Source of the DNA: Haliotis rufescens
Lineage: Eukaryota
Reading direction: 5' to 3'
DNA length: 64,000 bases
Assembly: GCF_023055435.1 (NCBI RefSeq)
Contig: NW_025964223.1
Location: 39,928,001-39,992,000 of the forward strand
In this document: in pieces, positions 54,701 to 64,000 of the stretch
How positions within the stretch are numbered: position 1 is the stretch's first letter
Layout: each line of letters opens with the position of its first letter
Notes under the pieces: generated by a model
What the model was told of the DNA's origin: nothing
What the model saw: only the letters and a program-made list of their open reading frames with translations
Databases searched by the model: none
Program-made: the position numbers and the translations under genes

Positions 54701-56200
54701 TTCATGAGCTCCATACTGGCCTTGGACAAGCTATGATACTGCTAGAGGGACTGATAACATACACTATCAACTCCTGAAAAAACTTACCAGAACCATCTTG
54801 AGAAACACAATTGAACATTTTTGATGAAATCTGGACGTCAGGGACATTTACCCCTTCGTCCTGTGATGCTATAGTTGTCCCAATACCGAAACCCGGTCGA
54901 GATATACTGATCCTTCAAATTACCGACCAATATCCTTGACAAGCAGTGTTGCAAAACCATGGAAAGCATGGTAAATAATCGACTAATTTGGTACTTAGAA
55001 ACCAACAATTTTATTACTAATATACAATTTGGTTTCCGAAAAAAAAACCAGAAGTACCATAGATTATTTAGTTCCCTTAGAATCATTCATTCAGAATGCA
55101 ATAATCAATAAACAACATGCCGTGTCAATCTTTTTCGATCTGGAAAAAGCATATGACACTACCAGGAAACAGGGTATTTTAAAAGATGTACATAATTATG
55201 GATTGCGAGGCCGTATGCCTCTATTTATATCCAAGTTTGTAACCGACAAACAATTTCCGCCTGTCTGATCTTTATAATCAGGATCAGGGTGACCAACAAG
55301 GCAGTATCCTGTCTGCCACAGTGTTTGGTATTAATTAAACAGCTGATCAAAAGTGTTACATGATTCAATTGATTGATCGCTGTTCATCATAAAGGCCTGA
55401 GGCTCTGCCTTGGAGCCTGTAGAACATCGTCTATTTACAGTCTGTATGTGGAGGCTGACATTAAACGACGTCACATTAAATTTTCTTTGCAGTATATCTC
55501 TGAATTACGTTCTACTAAATCCAATCCAGCGTAGGTTTTTTATCCTCTTTACAAAAATCTCTACAATAAGAAATTATCTCTTATTCCACCACTTGGAATA
55601 AGATTACAATCTGATGTTTCTGCTGCGCAGCTTTTCTCTTCTTCACCGTGGCAGTTATAGTGAATCACGAAGAACACAATGGCCGGTGCAAAAGCAGCTC
55701 TCAACAAATCGGTGACACCACTTTTAATTCATACAGTGATTCGAAACCTGTTATTAGATGTTACATTCGAGATTGGATGCAAAAGAAATGGGACACCCAA
55801 GTAGGTATCTTTAAATTACATGAAATTAAACCAACTATCAGTTACACCTACTTGGGCTGTCAGTCCAGATTTGAAGAGGTCATTATGCGACGATGTCGTA
55901 TTAGCCACAACACATATACCCATGAATATATTTTGAAAGGTGAGGATTCTCCGTTTTGTATCCCTTGTGATTAATGAATCGCAGGCGAGCATGTCCTGCT
56001 TGACTGTATTGATTTTTCCATCACAACAATATTGCAGTGTAAAAACAGTCAAAGACCTTTTCAGTCATGTACATCATCATTTAATATTGTGCTTTTTAAA
56101 CAAAATAGGATTAATTCATAATTTTGAATGTACAAAGTGATTTTATTAGATATATTTGTAGTGCTGATTATTAACTTAGATTGCTGGTGGCTGTACCCTC
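51729..56200 (+). mobile_element. Decayed non-LTR retrotransposon (I/Nimb-like LINE): 5' UTR, gag-like ORF1 and APE-RT ORF2 with internal deletions
   Basis: ORF1 remnants with CCHC knuckles (CSKCQYFGHGAKTC, CANCKGDH) at about 52.7-52.9 kb. APE motifs HWNCRGL, FCLQET and IMGDVNGHNPLWG; RT motifs YRPISLTS, QFGFRK, FFDLEKAYD and QGSILS; C-terminal CIPCD...HVLLDC. Many stops. The 3' UTR may extend to about 56800. Confidence 0.85.
53806..54062 (+). mobile_element. SINE family A nested in LINE ORF2
   Basis: Family A head and tail with a short flanking repeat CTGTTA. Confidence 0.85.
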
Positions 56201-56389
56201 GAGCGGAGTTGAAGTAACGTTAAAGTATTGTCCCCCTAAGAGCGCATATTTAAACGTAGTATTTTCGTCATTTTAATCTTCGGCTTAACTGGTAAACTAT
56301 CGCCAGTGACTGAAGGTATGATGTAAATCCTGCCGGTGTCCATGCAGGGAACAAAGGTACTTTAAGTCCCCATGGTCCCTAGTATGGTG

Positions 56390-56655
56390 CACCCGTGAAG
56401 ATCCAGGTTAGAATAGGTCTTCAGCAACCCATGCTTGCCATAAAAGGCGTCTATGCTTGTCGTAAGAGGCGACTAACGGGATCGGGTGGTCAGGCTCGCT
56501 CACTTAGTTGATGCATATCATCGATCTCAATTGCGTGGATCGATGCTCATGATATTAATCACTTGATTGTCTGGTCCAGACTCGTTTATTTACAGACCGC
56601 CGTCATATAACTGGAATATTGCTGAGTGCGCCAGTTAAACAACAAACCAACCAAT
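56390..56655 (+). mobile_element. Full-length SINE-like family D element
   Basis: 12-bp TSD CCTAGTATGGTG at 56378-56389 and 56656-56667. There is no tRNA A/B box head. Confidence 0.9.
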
Positions 56656-57113
56656 CCTAGTATGGTGATCTCCCTTTAGTTACTGACGATCTCTAGCCCA
56701 TTTTTATATTGTGTTGTTAACTAATAATGTTTCTTATGACAAGCTTAGGCTACTTTGTCCTAGGAAAATCGTTAACCTGTTGAATCAAGTAAATAAATGT
56801 GCCTATACTCCCATAGAGTATAACACAAGATCACCTGTGTCTTCAATACACCTGCTTCTTATCAGGCTGGCTCCACAAACTGGTCATGTGTTGGCCAATA
56901 TTAGTATTTTTCATCATATTTTCTTATCATGTTTGTCTGACATAAACGCGGATGATGGTCACGTGTGTTTCTTTTGCCCTTGATCCTGGTTTGTGTCTTG
57001 CTGGACTAGTTGTCAGATTACCTAGTATTTTATTATCATCGCGCTTTTTTAAAAGGCAAGGATCCTCCAATAAAAATAACCCGCACGTACAGAAAAACCT
57101 GTCTCCTTTCATA

Positions 57114-57381
57114 AGGGCACGGGTGGCCCAGTCGCCTGAGGCACCGCGAGTCGCTGGGCAGAGTCGCTTGGGCATGCCAGAATCCTATAATTGTGGGTTC
57201 GAGTCCCGGTTCGCCCCGGTTATGTTTCTAGGTTTGTCAGCACCAGACCCGTGCTCGTGGGTTTCACCGAAGTGTTAAACGCCTGACACCTGCAACACTT
57301 TGGGCTTTTCACCCACATTAAGCTGACACGCCGTGATATAACTGAAATACTTAAACCCAACTCACTCACTCACTCACTCTC
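57114..57381 (+). mobile_element. SINE family A
   Basis: Flanked by TCATAA. The paralogous site near 47185, downstream of copy 8, is empty. Confidence 0.88.
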
Positions 57382-58232
57382 TCATAACGAATTATCCTTA
57401 TTCGGTATTTATGTCAAACCCTTCATGAATTCCGAGTTTGTCAAACCTTTAGGAATGGCATTTGTACAGTGTCAATGCGAAGTCTGATACTGTGATTAGT
57501 TCGTGAAACTGTATTCTTCATATTGTCGCTGCTTTCCATACACATAATTCACAGGGAAAGGTACACCTGCATATGTATACTGTCGACTGACCTTAATCGT
57601 AGAACGATAGACACATCTTTACATCCATACCATAGTCAAAGTTTACAAAGGCCACACAGGGCCATTACAAAAACGGGGAGAAGGCCTTTCATAATTGGGA
57701 ATAAGGCTGTTATTAACCTGAAAGAGTAGTTATGGTATGGAGGATATTTTTCCCACACGTTTGAGCGGGGATTTACCTGTTGATGTGTACTGTATTACAT
57801 TCAGTCCATGAGGTTACCGTTTAGAATTGGAGCAGCATAAAACAAAAACAAAAACAATACAGAGCACCCAAGCAGATATTTGCGGTTCGTAGAACCATGT
57901 CATTGTTATTTCCACTTTGTTGATCAATGTCGAATAGATAACGGGGACTTCAATTGGCGAAGCCAAGTAATCGATGTATATATATAGGAAGTACTAACAG
58001 TCAAAAACCTAACCAGAAGTTAAAACAGGTAAATATCAGCACCATATAATGTTTAAGATCAGGGTCACACTCGCAATTCTGCAAAGATTTCTTACCATGG
58101 TCGAATGACATTTTTGATATATAGTAATAATGACATGAGACTCAGTGACGCCAAATCATATATTCAAACGCTGACAACATAATTTCAACATATTTTGAAC
58201 TTGTTTAATTATGTCAGTTATAATTGTCAAAA

Positions 58233-61200
58233 TTATCCTTCTGATGCATTTTTAGATGGGACAAGCTTGGCTGTGACAAGCGCAACTGAAGAAACATATC
58301 CTGCTGTCATGCTGTTAGAGAAGTGGAACTGTACCAGGTTAGCCCCCGCGACAAAGAGGGATGTAGGGACAGCAAACTCCCAAACTTCCCAATAGGTGGT
58401 GCTGTTAAACTTGTCGGAATCATACAGCTTATAGAACGAGTCAAGGGGGTTGAGGTTAAAGGTAACATACGATACATTGTTTGTTTCATTGATCGGCCAA
58501 CTGGTTGAAACTCTCAATCTTGCACTGTGGTATTGGTCATTTGGTAGATTTATGTCAGTCAAAGCGATTTTGTCTTTGATTGGTATAAGAATATCAGCGC
58601 CGTAGTATGTGGTTTCGTTGAGAGTGACAGTAGGTAATTGGTCTGAGGGGGTCGTGAATGTCAAGTGACATGTTGCCTCAGGGGGAAGTTCAAACATTCC
58701 TTGTGACTTCTGGATGTTAAAGGGCTCGTTGAAGGTCATGATCGGATACCATTCGTCCTTGATGGTGATGCAAGTAGCTTCTCCCTTGGCTGGTTTCATC
58801 CATTCGTCCTTAAAGTCAAGCTTGACTGTTTGCAACTTCTGAGAATAGCTATGTAAGAGAATGACGGTTTCGTTATGCAGGGAACTGGACATTGCTAAGG
58901 GAGACACGGTTCGTTCCTGTCCATCATATTGGCTGTATGTTCTGATAAAAGAATAGTCTGACGAGAATTTGTACCAAAAATCAAAGACGTCGACAATACG
59001 TGTAGCGTTTCCTTGAAGAGTAAAAAGTGACCAGTTGAGACTATCATGTCCTGGATATTTTTCATTGTCTAACAGAAACACCACTGTTCTGTCAATGTAT
59101 TCCCTTAGACTGAGTTGGGTAAATCTGTGGGCATTGGAATGGTATATTGTTGAGAAGTCTACTATACCTGATGGAGCAAATTTGTCAATTCCTAACACAA
59201 TATCGCGGCCATATTCACTGATAACAAGGGGGACAATCTTCCCTTTCTTCTGAGAAGCATAACTTTCAACCAGGTCGACAAATGCTACCAGACGTGCTTC
59301 ATTCATTCCAGTGAGATTGTGAGATTTGCCTGCCACGATGAGTGAATTGTACGAATGAAAAGAAAATGCATCTAAATAGTCTAATGTGACGTCCATGAAA
59401 TATGCCACTTGTTTCCAGTATGAAAAGTCGTTTCTATCTGCTGACCCTGTTTCGCCGTCAAGTGTAGGCCCAGACACTTTGATGTTAAATCTGGCATGGA
59501 GTTTCTCCGCAACTAATTTGTGGAAGATGGCAACAGTCGTAAAATTCCAGATGTCAGTCTTAGCGTCTGGTTCATTTATGGGCTCGAAGTAGGGTGGGAT
59601 CTCTCCTTTAGTATAGTCATATACTCCTTGCATCATCAACACTATGAACTCTGCAGCGGCATCGATGTTGTTGGGGAATTGCCCCTCATGTTCTGACTGG
59701 TTTATCCAACTTGGCCAGTTATGAGCTTAAAGCAACAATATGATGGAACATGAAACTGACATACAAATGAAATTAAAAACATCTATGTGCTTTCGATAAG
59801 AATATGTTCATTTGTGTTTGATGTGTTGTCTTTTTAAGAAACATAATAAGTGACCAATCTGATTATCATGTATGGTGAAATAGATGAACACTAAATTGCT
59901 TTTAGGCATTTGCCTCCAAATATACTTCTCCACCTTTGACAATGGCATTTGTTTGTTTTTCATGATATGCAAAACTGTTTCTCACAATGCGTCAAGATTA
60001 GTTTAAAATAAAATGACATATCTGATCAAAACTTGAAATATATACATTAAATGCCTCTGCAAATCTCCCATAATATTTTTTTTACAAACAAATGCATTAA
60101 TGATTATGGAGTGTTGGTCTTTCAATTCACTCGAGTTGTATGATGGGGAAGGACGCGCTCACCTGCCCATTGAACGCGACTGAAGGTTTCTGAATGAGTA
60201 GCCTATATTATGCTCAAACTCTTCTTGTGGTAAAATGTTTGCGACAGAAATACAAATCTGAATACACCTAAGATCTTCCGTTTGAAATATACTTATTAAG
60301 CTATTAAATGACAGTGTTTCTTTCAGAATTGTCTTACCTCTCGCCATCAAGATCATTTCATTCTTATAACCACTGTTAATGTTAGCAAGGTAGTTGGAGA
60401 AGAGTTCCTGCTGTTTGGTGACATTCTTCAAGTAGTTGGAGTCAGGGTAGCCGCTACGGTTTGTGTCTTCTGGCCACTGTATAATTGATAAATGAAAATA
60501 ACGGTTTGTTATGATCTATTTATGTCAACGCAAACGTTATGGATAACAACTTCTTAATTGTTTGTAACAAAGCTCCAAGGTTACGTCTTGTCCCATCATC
60601 ATCAAAGACATGAAGAAACGTTATGGATAACAACTTCGGTATTTTTTCTCCAAACAATATTTTAGAGGTTATAGTTGTTCAACACAGCACTCAACAGTAC
60701 TTCAGCTATATATGACGCCGGCATTTAAATGATCGAGTCCAGACTAGACAATGTAGTTATTGATACTATGAGCAACGATCCACGCCAGAGGTGTACATTG
60801 ACACGCCATCCACCAAGACAGCGAGCCTGATCAACCGATCCATTAAGTCGCTTCTAAGCTTACGATCCCCTTAGGTTGTTACGGACTAATGCTGACCCAG
60901 AATCCCCACGTATAGGCTCTTCAAGTAATAATTGTTAATCCTAATAGAAAAAGGCATAAACCACTGTCATATATATTAAGTACAAGGAAAAAACAAAGAA
61001 TCGCATTAGAAAGAAAATCTCACATCTTGGAAGAGACGATCACTATCATCTGGGTGTATCCAGCGCCCACTGTCAGTCCGAATGCTCCGACAGTTTGCGA
61101 TAAGGGACTCCTTTTCCAGGCCGTTATGCTTGTTCCACCTGTCACTCTCATAGCGAACTCTACCGCCCTGTGCCAGCCACTGAGGGTGGATCGTCACCGT

Positions 61201-61263
61201 CGTGTCACTGTACACACCGCCTAATATCAGACTCAAAGTGAAATAGACAAGTCTCCATGTCAT
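58233..61263 (-). CDS. Secreted GH86-like enzyme, copy 9 (intact, 623 aa). Exons 61024-61263, 60338-60476, 58233-59725
   Basis: Exons 240+139+1493 nt in frame. Sister duplicate of copy 8 including introns and flanks; signal peptide MTWRLVYFTLSLILGGVYS. Confidence 0.87.
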
Positions 61264-64000
61264 TGTCACTGGAATGTAATGTATCATTGTCTTCATGCAG
61301 AATTGAAATGATGTACTGGGGAGCGAGATCTTTTATAGTTAGAATGCATGGAAATCACCTGTTGCCGTGACACTGCCGTTCTATAAATGTGTATACATGA
61401 TAAGGAATTGCGCTGTCATGTAGGTGTGGTGATAGGGTAGCCAAGATTTGGAAGTTACTTTGTCCCTCTACAACGTCTGTCGTACGAGGAGTTGTAAGTA
61501 TGTTCACAGTTTCACTGAAATGCCAATTCCTAAGAAGAGGATACTCATTTTTTTATATCAAGTCCAACTATTATTTGAAAATACCAACGATGACGATTTT
61601 GAACCTTTAATGTGTTTCTGAGATGTGTTGCGTCTGTCACAGAGAACATTTTCTCTTTGTTAGACTGTATTATATTAGGTCCCTTACTCTTGCCTCGACG
61701 GCCGAAGACATATGCATGCATATTTAGGCCCTAACCAAGGGGTATGTGAACATGGGTCAAATAGTTCAATGTGCTGGTCGCCGTGCATGGACTGTTTTGG
61801 CCAGCTTGACGTTGCTATTCTATTTTCTACTTTACAACAAGGTTAGTATGGTGAACGTTGGATGGAATATTTAACCGAAAATTGTTACTGATGTTGCACA
61901 AAGTTTTGTTACCATGGCAACGTAATGCAAAACTATCTCGTTGCTATTGTTCCCCAGTGTATGCGGAAAATATGATGAAAAATGCCTAGTGTGTGATAGG
62001 ATATGCTGTTAACATTATTTTAGCCATCGACTTGTTTTGCCCATTTACATCATTTTTACTTTGGTGACCCAAACTTTTGTATTTGCTGTAAATGTGAAAT
62101 AGGGTCGAGTGAAGGTCAAAATTCATGTATCACAACGACCGGAAGATGTACATGTATATGACCATAATCCCCACATCATAATGACAGGTGTATAACACTT
62201 TGAAAAAGGGATGGATTAGTAATACATAGTACTGCCTAAAAGTTCATTCCCCTAACACGCGTTGCGAACAAAGTTGAGCACCCGTTGAACACGCGTGTGC
62301 AACGGGTGTGCAGCGCGTGTGCAACCCGTTGAGCACGCCTGAGTCACTCGTTGCACACGCGTGTGCCACGCGTGTAACACGGGACCGGGTTTCAGTTGAA
62401 GTTGGAAAATATATCAAATGGATAGTAAGATAAATCAAAACAGTGAGATGTGAATCTTGAGTTAATGAGCGGCCATTGACCTGTGTTCACCAGACCATGA
62501 ACACGAGGTCGGCCAGTCTTAATTAGTGTTCGGTTGCTGGACTTTTATGGCATGAACCATTCCACGAGGGTCCAGTCTAGCCAATTGTGGCTACCCGACA
62601 GTAGAACAGTAGTGAGTTTAGAAGCGAGTTTATTGCTAATGGGAATCCCCGAGTTGACACGATTGTCGCGGGTTGGTAAATGCCCGCCATTAATTAAGCG
62701 ATCGTTTGTGGATTGCGAACATATTCGTCTTAAGTTTTGCTCACGTGAGTCATTTAGGGTGACTGCAAATATAACGTTTTTCGTTCGCCAAATTTATGCT
62801 TTAGATAGTACAATTGTGATAGAACAGTCATCACTGCTTATGTCTTATCATTTCACGTAGGAATATATCCCATTTTCCCACACCCCACTTTCTGTTTGGT
62901 ATTTTGTAGAATTATTAAGAGAAAGTTTTGTGTGGGACTTAACATTTATCACTAATTCTAAGAGGATATTGGAAATGAATATGAACAGCCATTTTGTCTC
63001 ACTGTTGATAGAATTTAAGATCTTTACAATCACCGGGTGTGACCATGTGGACAGAATCTCGTTAGGGTTTGTGATTTTTACATTTGCCCAATGACCATGG
63101 TGAGTATTGTTTTGGATACCAAACGTGACAGTTTACTATTAGAGGAAATTAGTTGTGAGTACTTATACCATTTGGATAGGATATCTTTAGGATTTTAATC
63201 CTTTCTTTCTCTGTGGGTAATCCTTTCACATTGATTGAAGGAAGTCACTCAACCAGGTCATGACAATGGTTATGCGCAAGGCTCGGAATCGCGAAAAGAT
63301 CACTGGAGGTGTTGATGGAGGCCTTAAATGCAGCATACAGCATTTCCAGTGTAGGCTGGCACCTCGTCTTTGTTTCACTCGGTATTTAAAACCTTGACCA
63401 TTCACAGGTGCATTTGTCTATTTACAATGAAGTTGTTGAGCTTTCCAAGTATTTCTATACTATCTCACTGATTACTTGTTAATTGGTCACTGCAAGTGCC
63501 TTAATTATTTAAATTTCGGTGAACTGAGTTTATTCACATGTTAGCTTTCAAAGGTTGTGATGGATACTTGTATAATCCTCAGTTGAGTTTACTCACTAAC
63601 TACTGTGAGCGTTTTGGCATGACTTCTGTGCTTGTACAAACACAGTAACTGATAAAAGCGGCGTAAAACCATGCTCACTCACAGTAACTGTTAATCCTCT
63701 GCATTGTGCTGGCAAACTGGGGATAAACCTGTGACGATCAAACTTCGTTAGAATCCTTGTTTATCTGTGACATCTTCCAACTGGTGACATTTTAGTAAAC
63801 TTGAAAAGTGATGATGAATTTTAATATTCATATTATTATAGTTTTTCAAATTGTAAATAAAACTTTGATAAAATTGTGCTACACTCTCTGGAAAAATGTA
63901 TTGTGTGTGGGTAAGTTTATATGTCACGTCACATTAGCATTTTTTCAGTTTTATTGCGGCGAAATAATTGCCAGCTTTTGGGACAACATGTAACATGGCT

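Noticed and set aside
5961-61263. Bacterial contig or polysaccharide utilisation locus contamination
   Set aside because: Conserved spliceosomal introns, polyA signals, interspersed SINE/LINE/Tc1 elements, low gene density and no SusC/SusD or other bacterial genes.

Overview
This is AT-rich animal genomic DNA, with spliceosomal introns, tRNA-derived SINEs, a LINE, a Penelope-like fragment and Tc1 elements. The repeat types suggest a mollusc, plausibly an algivorous gastropod such as abalone, but this is inference. Most of the window (about 6-61 kb) is a head-to-tail, minus-strand tandem array of nine copies of one gene. Six are intact three-exon genes of 618-623 aa, two are full-length pseudogenes and one is a relic. 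Each intact gene has a 240-nt signal-peptide exon, a 139-nt exon and a 1.48-1.49 kb exon. The protein is a secreted clan GH-A glycoside hydrolase (acid/base motif NEP, nucleophile motif SEYG). From memory, its motif pattern matches bacterial GH86 beta-porphyranases/beta-agarases, including the C-terminal beta-sandwich. The best reading is a horizontally acquired red-algal galactan-degrading enzyme that gained introns, many N-glycosylation sequons and a host promoter (TATA, GATA and nuclear-receptor half-site). It was then amplified and shuffled by unequal crossover and gene conversion. The window also holds a 2.5 kb minisatellite with a 37-bp unit, a complete but defective Tc1 element, and a decayed I/Nimb-like LINE. 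A SINE-like family shares its 5' end with that LINE and shows a covarying pseudoknot-like structure.
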